Below, piece after piece: positions 1-13,670 of a DNA stretch of 64,000 nt (positions within the stretch are counted from its first letter, which is position 1; every line of letters begins with the position of its first letter). The stretch spans positions 81,530,001-81,594,000 of the forward strand of contig OZ360222.1 in NCBI GenBank assembly GCA_977017645.1, read 5' to 3'. The position numbers and the translations under genes are program-made. Source of the DNA: Torpedo marmorata (Eukaryota). The notes under the pieces are model-generated. The model saw nothing but the letters and a program-made list of their open reading frames with translations. It ran no database searches and was not told the origin of the DNA.

Positions 1-3000
1 ATATTTTTTTGGAAGCCAACCTCTTAGATTATTTCATTTGGAGTTTGAATGGGAAGGGTGAGAGAGAAGGGGCGTATACTGCACCCATCATATTTTGAAC
101 CTGATTTTGTAGTTGTTGTAATCACTATCTATTTACCAGATTATAAAAGTCAATTAAATTCTGAATGTATCTTGGTGACAGGTAGACAGAAGGTTCTCCG
201 ATTCATCCTTATTACTTACATTTATGTAGATTGTCGCTTCTGGTTCATGAACCCATGATAAACAGAGGCTGAGCAGCATTGCAAATAAAAGCTCAAAATT
301 GCATTTGTATTGATTCCCTGTTAATCTTAAGAGATTTTCTCTCCTGTTAATATCAATATTTTCATTTTTCAAGGCAAGTGGCTAGTATATTTCTCAATGA
401 TGCAGACTTAATTCACTCATAATCTGCTGTTTTTATATTGATAATTTCCAAAGAAAAAAATGTTTAATGAAAGACTAAAACTTTGAGAATAATGATCTCC
501 TCCTACTCTTAAATAGACAAAGCAATGCAGTTGACTATGTTTTATAAATGCACTCATTTCTGAGTTTGGATATTCAAAATGCACATTCTGTCTTGAGGTT
601 AATGATGGATTTTTTTCTCTGGCATTTTTACTGTACTTTAAAAAAAACAGCAATTTTTGTGATGATTTTGTCTTGTCAAATTCAAAATCATCTGAGCCAA
701 TCCTCAAATAATTTTGATTTAGATCCATATTAGTTACCATAAATACTTTACTCTTCAGTTCTGCTTTTGATATTCAAATTCAAATAAAGCAACTGAAAAC
801 ATAAGATTGAATTTCAATTGTCAAAGTTATTATATCCAGAAATATGGCTGTTATTAATTGTTATTTTATAATCTACTATTTTACTATTTAAAATATTACT
901 GTTTAATAATTTTGATTTTAGGAAATGTTCAAATATAAAAATATTGCTGTAGGCATGCCATCTTTAACTGAAGTGCAAAATATCACAAATCTTATAACTT
1001 CAACGCCAGGTATATGTTTACATTCTTTGGCTTTCAACAGCAATATTTATACATAGAAACATGCTGCATACTTGCAGTGACTTATGAAGGCACTCAGAAA
1101 GTATTAACTGGTTTGTGAAAGTGAAGCATCCATATCACTGTCTAAAATATTCATCTCAGCCCACAAGCTCTTTTAACATCTAATTTAGGCTATATTTGGG
1201 TGTTGCTAAAGTGTAGAGATAAGATTAATCATTCACAAGCAAGTGACAGCCATGGCTAAGACCTCCAGTTCTGCATTCCTAGTGTCAAAATGTTGTCACA
1301 AGTCACAAATGGAATGTAGTGATCTTTCAATGGTAGTCTTAACTTAGGCTCTGGTTAAACCCAATGTATGACAGTTTGAAACTAATACTCCCAATTACCT
1401 CTGCAAAAAATAAGAAGGCAATAACTCTTGCCTTGTATTGGTCTAATGGCAACTGCAATGCAGAAAGAATTTTCTCCTAAGATATTTACCTTCACCTACA
1501 TATTTGGTTTACCACCACGAAAGCAAAGATAATACTCTTGATTTTTTAATGAGAATTGCATAGAGACCTATTTCACTTTTGTTATTTGTTATTATATGCC
1601 TTTTTACTTAGAATTAACTGTAACATAGTCCACATAGTTTCTCAAGTAACCTTTTAAGTGGTCAGGCTTACTAAGTGTAACAATGAGAACGCTGAAAAAG
1701 AGACAAATGGGTCACGGGTTAACATGATATTAATGACTGCAATTCAGTTAAATAGGCTGTCCCAAAAAATATACTTCATTACTTAATACAGCAGTTTGTT
1801 AGAACAGCGAGTCTTCCTTCCTCCTAAAGTATTAACAACTGCGAATGCCTGTGTTGCACTCTTGACATCAGCCCTACTGTAAGTCTCGTGGCATACTCAC
1901 CAGGGATGAGTGGTAGTTGTTGGCATAGCAAACTGTGTTTATGACCTCTTAGCACTCTAGACAGCTGTTAAGACCCTGCCTTTAATAGGCAAGGTTAGCA
2001 GGGTGCAGGTCTTTTCTCAGTGCATTGACCAGGGCCCCTACTGCATTAAGGGGAGAACAAAGACTGATGACAGCTCCTGATGTCTGGGTATTTCAAAAGC
2101 TCGCTCAAAAGTTCATCATGATAGACTGGATTAGTGCACATTACAGTGCCATTTGCCAAATATGGCTGTGGTATCCTCCTGGCCTTACTATGCAAGTTAC
2201 ATGATCCATTTTACGTGAAATGCACGTTGCACCTGGGAAGAACAGTTTTTTTCCTGAACAGTTGTTTTATCTGGCTTCATAAATCCAGCTATTAGAATTT
2301 AAATCCCAACATTTCTATTTCTTTTGTATCTGCACACTACGTTTACTGCATGGGTAAAATTACCGAAATCAAAATCCCACAAGGAAAAATTGAAAAGGTA
2401 AAGTTAAGGGAAAAAACTGCTTTTAATAAGGTTAAAGTGCTTTAAATCTATTTCAGAATGTTTTCAAGATGACAGCTGTTAATGAAAATTGAGACCCTCC
2501 CACTCGAATTACTGGTGATTAGAAATTTCAGCAAGATGAGTACTATACTGATACACAATAATTTATTAAATGCCATTTCACTGAGCTTGATCAAAGTATC
2601 AACATTATTAAATAGTTGTGAGCCCACATTAGCATTTTGTACCAATTTAGCACTCTGCATTTAAAACATGTGGTATTGGGGAATTCTGCAAGTCTTCCTA
2701 TTTTCAAACTAAGAAGAAGAAAAAAAGATGTAACTGAGGGTCACAAATTATTTTCAGGTTTGACAGATTGTAGCCTTGCTTTACAAGAGCAGTAACATCT
2801 CATTTGTCACAGTTTGATCAGTAAGTGCGTGAATGCAAGCGGAAGGCTTTCCATCTCAGCACCAATTTAATAGTTCTGAGGCTGTCACTGGGCTAGAGCC
2901 ACCTGCCCAAGAATTGCAACACTGATCTGTTTTAATTTAATCGGCCGTCAATCGGAATGAAATCATAAATCGTCTCCTTTGATTCCTCTGGCAGTGTAGT

Positions 3001-5556
3001 TTTTTCAGTCATATTGCTGTGTTAGAAAATGCATTTTTTGAAGGCCTATATAACTCTTATTTAAATCCCAAAGAAGTCAAACCTTGTGGCCAAACCATGG
3101 GGATTCTCACAATGTTAGAGTTATTGTTATTTTGTGACAAAATGATGGACGTTGTATCTGGCATAGTTTCTGGCAATTGCATGGAATCTCTTGAAAATGG
3201 TGAGATGCAAGTGAATCACACAGATTATTTTATTGGACTAGTGGAATAAACAGCTCTTGTGTGTGAAAGAGACAGCAGTCTGAATTGGAAAATTTGAAGA
3301 ATAAAATAAACTGTGGCACTTGGGAGTGCTGCACTTGCAAACTTGGTCACCATAGCAGATAAGATAAATTCCCCCCTCCCCCATGATGAAAATAACAAAT
3401 GACAGCACATGCCCTGAAGGAGGCTTCTGTCTCTTTAAGTGAGTTTACTAAATGCATTTCAGTTTTGAGAGTAAATGGAGTTAGTCTATTGTACATGTTT
3501 AATTCCCTATTAGTCCCCAGTGTTTACTGCTGTGGCCAAGCTGGGGCACCTGTAAATTGGGTTAAATACAACACATTGTCTAAACATATCACAGTTACAA
3601 TCATTCACCTCGAATGGTGATAAGAAACCTCTTGTATTATTGAATCTACAATGGGGAGGCTCTGCAGGCACAGAGATAACAGCTAGTTATTTCTCCTTAA
3701 GTAGAAAGAAAAACAGTGGCTTGAGCTTGCTGTTATGACTGTGACATTAATTATAACCCACTGAATTGTTTTATGCTGCTGGAGTGGTTTTGAGATTAAG
3801 CTCGCCCTCCAAGCTCCTGTGCATATGGCTCTGATTAAAAATATTTGTCATTCAAGAAAACTTTCATTTTCAAGTGGAGATGATGTATTTATTTTTCTCT
3901 GTGTAATCTTGCAGTTTTAATTAGTGGCGTGCCAAAAAAACAGATTGGAATTATTTCAGTCTAGCAATTAAAATGAAATGCTAAGTGAAAGCTATTTCAG
4001 GTCCCCTATAGGGATTTAATGTTAACAATGTGTACTTTTTCTTTGGTGAATCCTTGATAAGCAGGAGGGCTAGACAGCTTTCATTATCATCAGAAGCACT
4101 TCATGGTCATTCTTTAGTGTTTGAAAGGAATATTTGTTCTTTGTAAATGGTCGATTTTTTCAGGCTTTTGAAATATAATTTACAATTTTTAATTTGATTC
4201 AATTTGATTAAATCATTAATTAGCTTAGAGTTAATTTTCTGGAAAATAAACTAAGCAGGAAGGGTTAGCTTTATTAAGTTTACTTTGAGGGAGGTATAAG
4301 TGTCAGAAACTGCGCTGACACAAACACAGGCAGACATGTTATTAAACTTGGTGACTACTAAATATAGCATATTCTGTCATTGCCTCGGCAGTCACCCATC
4401 CTAGAACGACATCAGATGGTGTCATTGTGGTGATGTATAGTGGATAAGGTTATTGGGTGGCATCACAATAGTAGATTCCACTTTCAAAACTTTTCTTTCA
4501 TTATTAGGAATAAAAGTTAGATCTCTAATGAGCTATGATTGTGCAAGATTTGGTTGCTATCTTTTAACCCAACAGGAATAGGTTAGTTTGCAGGTGTGTA
4601 TCAAAAAGTAATTTTGTTACATTAGTGTATTATCAGCACCCTGTAATGCCAAAATATGCGCGATCAGAAATAAGAATGTCTGATTGACTCAAGCTTCCTA
4701 CACAACTGCAGATGTTGTAGCCAATTTTAAAACATTCCTTCTCTTGGTTGTGCATAGGCTAATTCTTCAAATGATTACAACACACTGTATTGGATTATAC
4801 TGTCAATATTTCTATCTGCACAGACTGTTAGCTGAAACGATCACCTCACAAACAGTCATGCCTCCTTAATTCTGAAATCAGACTGCTGCCACAGTATCAG
4901 ATCAGTAGCAACTGTTTTGATTTTGGGAAACGAGCATATATGGAGATCTGCTTGACTGGAACTGCCGTTCCTCTACTGAGGAAAGAGCTCTGGGCATGTT
5001 TTGCACCTTTGTTGAAGTTATATAGTCAACACACATTGCTATTTTTTTAATGCATAGTTTTTTTTAATTGTAATTACCGGTACATCTGTTGTATGCCAGC
5101 ATTAAAAAATAACTGCTCACATCCTGCCATTTAATAAGAACTGCAACATCTAGTACAGACAAGGAAAGAAATATTGACTACTGTGGGTTTTTTTTCCCTG
5201 AAATGCTGTGCAAGTAATGAAAAGAAGCATTTTGAATCAATGTTGAGTTCATAAAGCATCATATTGGAAGATTAACATTCTAAAGGCTATTTCTATGTTA
5301 ATTCTGAAAGTGCTATTTAAACAGAAGAGTGACAGCAGAATAAGCTTTGGATAATCATTTTGTACAGCTCTTTATCCAATTCACTTTAGCTCTAATAGTG
5401 TCCGTGTCCACAGCCACATAAAATGTATACAGTCTCCTATTTCTCAACTAACCTCTCCCCAAAATATAAAGTTACATAGAAGTTGGGATGATGTTTACAT
5501 ATTAAGCATTGTACCATTTATTTACCTTTTTTAGAGTGTAGAACATCGAATAGTTA

Positions 5557-5817
5557 GGGATGCACGGTTAGCATAACGGTTAGCACAACGCTATTACAGA
5601 GCAAGCAAGCTGGGTTGGAATCCGGCACTGTCTGTAAGGAGTTTGAATGTTCTCCCCATGTTTGCGAAGGTTTCCTCTGGGTACTCTGGTTTTCTCCCAT
5701 GTTCCAAAGATGTACAGGGTTAGTTGGTTAATTGGTGTATTTGGGCAGTGCGGGCTCATGGCCGGAAGGGCCTGTTACCATGCTGTGTCTCTAAATTTAG
5801 TTTTAAATTTAATTTAA
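5557..5817 (+). mobile_element. V-SINE (HE1-like tRNA-derived SINE)
   Basis: tRNA-like head with A/B boxes, V-domain core (gtaaggagtttgaatgttctcccc...ggttttctccca), CR1-like tail and AT-rich end. Confidence 0.85.
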
Positions 5818-6028
5818 GTGCAGCACAGGAACAGGCCTTTCTGCCCATAATGTCTGCACCTCACATGATGCCAAGATTAAATTAAAATAATGCTGCTTGT
5901 ACATGATACATATCCCTTTATTCCCTTCATGTGTCTATCTAGAAGCCTCTTAAACATTACTATTGCACCTGCTTCTACCACTACACTTGGCAGCACATTC
6001 CTGGCTCTTTCCACTCTCTGTGTTTTAA

Positions 6029-8301
6029 GAACAAGTCATGAAATTTGGTGTTTTGTGGCAGCATCATAGTGCAATTAACATTCATATTATAACCATCTTA
6101 CGACATTACTATAAAAAATTATAAATAATAGTGCACGAAAAGTAAGGCAGTGACTTTGGTTCATTGATTATTCAGGAATCTGATGGCAGCGGGGAAGAAG
6201 CTGTCCTTGTGCCGTTGAGTGCTCGTCTTTAGGCTCCTGTACCTTTTTCCCGATGGTAGCAGAGTGAAGAGGGCATGGCCTGGGTGGTGGGGGTCTTTGA
6301 GGATAGAGGCTGCTTTTTTAAGACACCACTTCATGTAGATGTCCTCGATGGAGTGAAGTTTTGGTGCCTGTGACGTCACAGGCCGAGTTAATAGCCCTCT
6401 GGAGTTTACTCTTGTCCTGAGAGTTGGCGCCTCCATACCAGGCAGTGATGCAACCAGCTAGAATGCTCTCCACGGTACACCTGTAGAAGTTTACCAGAGT
6501 CTTCGGTGACATACCGAATCTCCTCAGACACCTCACAAAGTATAGCCGCTGACGAACCTTCTTTGTGATTACATCAATGTGGAGGCTCCAGGACAGATCC
6601 TCGGAGATGTTGACACCCAGGAATTTGAAGTTCTTGACCCTCTCCACTACTGAGCCCTCGATGAGGACTGGGCCGTGTTCCTCTGTCTTCCTCCTGAAGT
6701 CCACAATCATCTCCTTGGTTTTGCTGACGTTGAGCTCAAGGTTGTTGTCATTACACCATTCAACGAGCTGAGCTATCTCCCTCCTGTACGCTTCCTCATT
6801 GCCGTTTGTGATTCTGCCGACAACTGTGGTGTCATCGGCAAACTTGTAGATGGCATTGGAATTGTGCCTGGCCACACAGTCATGGGTGTATAACGAGTAG
6901 AGCAGTGGACTAAACACGCATCCTTGGGGTGCGCCTGCATTGATAATCAGTGAGGAGGAGACGTTGTTTCAAATTCGCACTGACTGTGGTCTTCCGATGA
7001 GAAAGTCAAGGATCCAGTTGCAGAGGGGGGTACAGAGGCCTAGAGTTTGTAGCTTCTTGACCAGCACTGAGGGAATAATGGTGTTGAAGGCCGAGCTGTA
7101 GTCGATGAAGCGCAGCCGTATGTATGAATTGCTGTTTTCAAGGTGATCCAGAGCTGAGTGGAGAGCCAGCGATATTGCATCTGCTGTGGAGCGATTGTGA
7201 CGATAGGCGAATTGCAGTGGGTCCATATCTTTGCTTAGGTACATGTTAATTCTGGCCATGACCAGCCTCTCAAAGCATTTCATCACAGTAGAAGTTAGTG
7301 CTACTGGGCGGTAGTCGTTGAGGCAGCCCACACAACTCTTCTTGGGTACTGGGATGATTTATGCCCTTTTGAAGCAGGTGGGAATCTCTGACTGCCGCAA
7401 TGAGAGGTTGAAAATGTCCGTGAACACTCCGGCTAGTTGGTTTGCGCAGATTTTCAGTACCCTGCCAGGTACGCCGTCAGGGCCTGACGCCTTGCGAGGG
7501 TTCACCCTATTGAATGATGTTCTGACGTCGCACTCAGAGACAGATATCACAAGGTCCTCAGCCTTTTCAGGGATTCTAGTAGGCACTGTTTGGTTCTTCT
7601 TCTCAAAGCGGGCATAGAAGGTGTTCAGCTCATCGGGTAGTGAAGCATCACAGCTGTCTATAGTGTTCGCCCTCGCTTTGTAGGCTGTAATGGCCTGCAC
7701 TCCCTGCCATAGCTGGTGTGTATCTGTCTCTGTCTTTACCTTCCTCCGGATTTGCCACTTTACTTCAGAGGTGGCCTTCCGCAGGTCGTGCCTGGACTTC
7801 TTGTAAAGATCCCAATCCCCGGCCTTAAAAGCTCTTGTTCTCGCCCTCAGCAGGTTGCGAATTCTTTGATTCATCCAGGGCTTCTGGTTGGGGAACACCC
7901 GGTATTTGCGCGTGGGCACACACTCATCCACGCAGGTCTTGCTGAAGTCGGTGACACCTGTTGCATATTCATTCAGATCTATGGATGAGTGCTTGAATAT
8001 GTTCCAGTCCACCGATTCAAAGCAGTCCTGCAGACGTTCCTCCGCCCCCCTCGACCATACTTGCGCCGTCCTCACCACTGGTGCTGTGGTCTTCAGTCTC
8101 TGCTTGTACGCCGGGAGTAGAAGTACAGCCAGGTGATCAGACTTGCCGAAGTGCGGTCGCGGTATGGCTCGGTATGCGTTCTTCACGGTGGTGTAGCAGT
8201 GGTCGAGTGTGTTGATTCCCCTGGTCTCGCTTGTGATGTGTTGGTGGTAGTTTGTCAGTGACTTCTTCAGATTGACCTGATTGAAGTCTCCCACAATGAT
8301 C
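6029..8301 (-). mobile_element. Rex1/Babar LINE, 5'-truncated (APE C-terminus + RT), frameshifted
   Basis: ORFs contain the APE motifs GDFN, TLDH and SDH, then [35 protein letters not shown] and YKFADDTT. The 3' UTR matches the copies at 13 kb and 41 kb. Confidence 0.93.
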
Positions 8302-9633
8302 CCTCTGCACATCAATGCTTTTCATAGTCCTGCCATTAATTGTATATTTTCCCCTTACATTTGGCCTCCTGAAGTTCAACATCTCACACTCATGTAACTA
8401 CTCTATTGTCTACCGTATCCTTTGATGGCCCTCTGCACCATCCACAACTCCACCAATCTTTGTGTGATCTGCAATTTTACGAGCCCACCCACCTACCTTT
8501 TTGTCCAAGTCTTTTACATACCTCACAACCAACAGGGCTCCCAACACCGATCCCTGCTGAACACCACTGTTCATGGACCTTTAGCCAGCGTAATACCCTT
8601 CCACCACTACCCTCTGTCTCCAATGGACTCCAATTCCAAATCTAGACTATCAATTCACCATGGACCTCATACATCTTTACCTTCTGGATTAACATACCTT
8701 ATTAAAAGCCTTATTAAATAAAGTCCATGGAGACAACATCCACTGCCCTACCCTCATCAACCTCCTGAAAGAACTCAATCAAATTTGTAAATTATGGCCT
8801 GTCCCACACAAAGCCATGTGGCTGACCTTAATCTGACCACACCTTTCCAAATGTACATTCATCCTATCCCTAAGTATTCTCTCCAATAACTTCCTTACTA
8901 CTGATGTGAGGCTCACCAGTCTATAATTTCCTTTGGTTAGAATTATTGGAAATATAGATTTTACATTTGTAGCAGTAGAATCTAAGTTTTATGGAATGAT
9001 AAATAGCCCATGAGTACATTTCTGTTCATTGCTTCCCAGTCATACATTAATAGGACAGCCTTGATGTAACAAAATTAGTAATTATTGATTTGGGAAGACA
9101 TATTGAGAATAATGGCCTCAACAATCCGGTAGTGTAGTGATAAGAGTTTAGAGGTTACAGGTTAGAGTCCAAGGGCCACCTGACACTTGAATTTTCCAGC
9201 CTTGACTGATACATTTTGTCAGTGTCTGTCAAAGCCACTTGAAACAAAGCTTCACAGAGTCTTGAAAGAGAGGCAAAATTGTAAGCATGTTTCTGCTGAA
9301 TTCTGCTGAGGGATGAGCTTCACTGATTTTGCTGAGGCTAAATGTAGAATTAAGGTGTGGTGAGGTTTCATAGTTAGATTCCATTGTATGTACAGGAGAT
9401 TGAAGAGCTTGTATGAAAGTGTAGTCAGCAAGAACTCAGACATAAACACAACATGTTAAAAGTCTCACCTTGACGGCATGGCATAAAAAGGAGAGCTTTG
9501 CAGGCATAAATGCACGCAGAGATGAGAATTTTTTAAGCATGTTTTACAGATATCTGTGACATTGCAGCAGTGGATGGTTTGATGAAACCAGCTGACTTCT
9601 GCATCTGTGAATGCACATGCCTTTGCTCTAGAA

Positions 9634-9991
9634 CAGTGGTTTTCAAACTGCCCCCCTAAACTCACATTTCACCTTAAGCAATCCCTATGCCATAAGTGCT
9701 CTGTGATTAGTAAGGGATCGCTTAAGGTGGTATGTGAGTGGAAAGAAAAAGGTTTGAAAACCACTGTTTTAATTGTACCTAATTGACTCGTTATGTGCAC
9801 GGTTTCATAACTCCAAATGAAATGGGCCAATGACAATTTTTCTCAAGCAAAATATTTCAGTAACAATTGGGTCTAGAGCAGTGGTTCTCAACCTTCCCTT
9901 CCCACTCACATACCACCTTAAGCAATCCCTTACTAATCACAGAGCACTTAAGGTGGAATGTGAGTTTAGGGGGGCAGTTTGAAAACCACTG
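9634..9991. mobile_element. Non-autonomous hAT (Charlie-type) element made of two inverted MITE units
   Basis: TIR CAGTGGTTTTCAAAC...GTTTGAAAACCACTG; 8-bp TSD ctctagaa/ctcgagaa. Confidence 0.9.
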
Positions 9992-10034
9992 CTCGAGAAG
10001 ATCTGTTGGTCAGTTCACACAAAAAAATACAATA

Positions 10035-10253
10035 CAGTAAAACCCCTGGTATCTGGCACCTATGGGGATTGGTAGATGCCGGATAAGTGAATTTTCCGGT
10101 TGCTTGAGGTTGTGTGTGGCGTGATTGGTGAACTAACAGCGAGGCGCAACAATTTTAAACTTCTGTATTTTTTACCTATTTAGTTTCCACAATTTTTTTG
10201 CTGGTGGCTTGAGGCTGCCGGTTGCTTGCATTCTGGAAACAGGGGTTTTACTC
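10035..10253. mobile_element. Tc1/mariner-pogo (Tigger-like) MITE
   Basis: TA|CAGTAAAACCCCTG ... CAGGGGTTTTACTC|TA: 14-bp TIR with one mismatch and a TA TSD. Confidence 0.8.
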
Positions 10254-11670
10254 TACAAACAAATAAATGATCACATTTTCCTGATAAATTACACTTAAAC
10301 TTAATAAGCAGAGATGATGGAAGGGAAAAGAAAACATATTCTTGACTGAAACGTCACTCTGCCTCCATTCAATCAACCCAATGCAAGGAATATCAAAGAG
10401 AGTACAATATGGTGACACTATTTGCAGCATATTTAACACCATTAACCAGGGAAGAATTTCAAGGCATCGGAATTTGATTTAAGTGAGATTTTTAACGGGC
10501 TTTAATCTGGTAAAACTATAATTAGTGAAAATCCTCCCTGCAGTCAAATTTTCCGAGACTTGATGTTTCTTGGTGTGAGAAAAGATGATTAACTAACTCT
10601 ATTTATTAATTGATTGCAAGTTAATTGACTAATGATTATCCACTTGATTAAAGGTTTGACTGTCATGTTTGTTTATTGTATTGGTATTCATTGTGTTTCA
10701 CAATTAATCAGTGTTATATTGAAATAATTGCACTCTTCATTAGTATTAATTGAACCGCATTGTATGTGTTGAAACTTATTTACCCTTACTCTGCTGCATA
10801 CAAACAATATGAGACACCTGTTCTGAGGGTTAACTATAAAGGGCGCAACAAATTAAAGAAAAGCTGTAGCCAAAATTCACCTCGAGGACTAGCTGCTCAG
10901 CACAATATAATCAGAGCTTAAAGTTAATGATTTCTGTCTCCTCAGAACTGGTCATCTTCATATTTTAAGTACAAAGAAAAAGCAATATTAGTTGACTATT
11001 TGAATCATCTTATGAAATGATGAGTTCAACTCATTTTCATCATGAATTTGACTTTTGTGACTTTAATTCATACTTGAAACTGAAGCTAAAAGGCAAGAAT
11101 TATTTTCAGGTGTGGTCTTCTTCTGCATAACCTGTGAGAGCTCTCAGGTATTCTGAGCTATGAATTCATTGCCAAACGGGAATTCAAAAGAGAGCAGTAC
11201 TATGAGCAAATTTCCCCAGATGTCTGTGGTGAAGATGCTCATCATGGTGCCATCCAGAAGTTGACAAAGGACTGCTCTATTTTATTACTTTCCAAACCTA
11301 AAAATATCCTATTTCGACGTGTATTGTATAGGCCATACAAATATACTGCACAGTTCATCCATTCTACCTGACAATTGCAAATCAAGTCCAGCAACCTTTC
11401 AATATCCATTGATGGTAGAGTCCACCCAGGGACACAGGAATTTGCACAGGATTTTAAAGAACAGTTCACCACTTCCTTGTGCTGAAAGCATATGCATTTA
11501 CAGGCAAGTTTCAAAACTGATTCAAGGGAATATTGCAATTTATCCCTTTTCCTTCTATCAGATTCCTTTTTTTCTCATTTGTTTTTAGAAAGTGTGTCAC
11601 AGGTGGGGTCAGTATATATTACTCCTTCCGAGTTGTTCTTAGAACATTTTAAACAGCTGAATGACTCGTT

Positions 11671-13208
11671 ATCTCTGAGGGCGACGTCAGAACATCATTC
11701 AAGAGGGTGAACCGTCGCAAGGCGTCAGGCCCTGACGGCGTACCTGGCAGGGTATTGAAAATCTGCGCCAACCAACTAGCCGGAGTGTTCACGGACATTT
11801 TCAACCTCTCATTGCGGCAGTCAGAGGTTCCCACATGCTTCAAAAGGGCATCAATCATCCCGGTGCCCAAAAAGAGTAGTGTGAGCTGCCTCAACGACTA
11901 CCGCCCAGTAGCACTAACTTCTACTGTGATGAAATGCTTTGAGAGGCTGGTCATGGCCAGAATTGACACATACCTAAGCAAAGATCTGGACCCACTGCAA
12001 TTTGCCTATCGCCACAATCGCTCCACAGCAGATGCAATATCGCTGGCTCTCCACTCAGCTCTGGACCACCTCGAAAACAGCAATTCATAGATACGGTTGC
12101 TCTTCATCGACTACAGCTCGGCCTTCAACACCATTATTCCCTCAGTGCTGGTCAAGAAGCTACAAACTCTAGGCCTCTGTACCCCCCTCTGCAACTGGAT
12201 CCTTGACTTTCTCATCAGAAGACCACAGTCAGTACGAATTTGAAACAACGTCTCCTCCTCACTGATTATCAACACAGGCGCACCCCAAGGATGCGTGCTT
12301 AGTCCACTGCTCTACTCGTTATACACTCATGTCTGTGTGGCCAGGCACAATTCCAATGCCATATACAAGTTTGCCGATGACACCACAGTTGTCGGCAGAA
12401 TCACAAACGGCAATGAGGAAGCGTACAGGAGGGAGATAGATCAGCTCGTTGAATGGTGTAATGGCAACAACCTTGAGCTCAACGTCAGCAAAACCAAGGA
12501 GATGATTGTGGACTTCAGGAGGAAGTCAGGGGAACATGACCCAGTCCTCATCGAGGGCTCAGTAGTGGAGAGGGTCAAGAACTTCAAATTCCTGGGTGTC
12601 AACATCTCCGAGGATCTGTCCTGGAGCATCCACGTGGATGCAATCACAAAGAAGGCTCGTCAGCAGCTATACTTTGTGAGGTGTTTGCGGAGATTCGGTA
12701 TGTCACTGAAGACTGGTAAACTTCTACAGGTGTACCGTGGAGAGCATTCTGGCGGGTTGCATCACTGCCTGGTATGGAGGCGCCAACTCACAGGACAAGA
12801 GTAAACTCCAGAAGGTTGTTAACTCGGCCTGTGACATCACAGGCACCAAACTTCACTCCATCGAGGAAATCTACATGAGGCGGTGTCTTAAAAAAGCAGC
12901 CTCTATCCTCAAGGACCCCCACCACCCTGGCCATGCCCTCTTCACTCTGCTTCCATCGGGAAAAAGTTACAGGAGCCTAAAGACGAGCACTCAACGGCAC
13001 AAGGACAGCTTCTTCCCCGCTGCCATCAGATTCCTGAATAATCAATGAACCAAAGACACTACCTTACTTTTCGTGCACTATTGTTTATAATTTTTTATAG
13101 TAATGTCGTTAGATGGTTAATATAAATGTTAATTGCACTATGATGCTGCCGCAAAACACCGAATTTCATGACTTGTTCATGACAATATATTCTGATTCTG
13201 ATTCTGAT
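11671..13208 (+). mobile_element. Rex1/Babar LINE, 5'-truncated (RT with stops and a frameshift)
   Basis: ORFs at 11707, 12295 and 12737 carry the Rex1 RT motifs. Ends in a (TTCTGA)n tail. Confidence 0.93.
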
Positions 13209-13504
13209 ATCACGTCAGAGGTCAGTTTATAGACAACCAGGATGGTATGCAGTTGGAGTCACATAACACACAGCAGTTCAGCATGTTAGTGAACCGTTTG
13301 TATTTTTAAATGCCTATTGCTTTCGATGGATGCCGCGTGATCTGCTTAGTTCCTCCAGCACTTTTGTGGACTTTTAAATTATATTCCTATACCTTCATGT
13401 TTACTTTTTACTCCCATTTTTTTTTAAAAGAGTTTCTTCAGTTCTTTTTTCATTTTTTATACTTTTGATTTTCTGCCCATTGCCCCACACCTTTAACATC
13501 GGCA

Positions 13505-13670
13505 NNNNNNNNNNNNNNNNNNNNNNNNNNNNNNNNNNNNNNNNNNNNNNNNNNNNNNNNNNNNNNNNNNNNNNNNNNNNNNNNNNNNNNNNNNNNNNNN
13601 NNNNNNNNNNNNNNNNNNNNNNNNNNNNNNNNNNNNNNNNNNNNNNNNNNNNNNNNNNNNNNNNNNNNNN
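13505..13670. other. Assembly gap (N run)
   Basis: 166 N. Confidence 1.

Larger units (their letters stand above)
5539..8930 (-). mobile_element. Decayed CR1 LINE, interrupted by a V-SINE (5557-5817) and a Rex1 (6029-8301)
   Basis: The reverse-complemented CR1 3' tail (tagaacatcgaa...cagcacaggaacaggcc) resumes after the SINE. RT-region sequence at 8302-8930 matches the CR1 copies at 19 kb and 26 kb. Confidence 0.75.
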
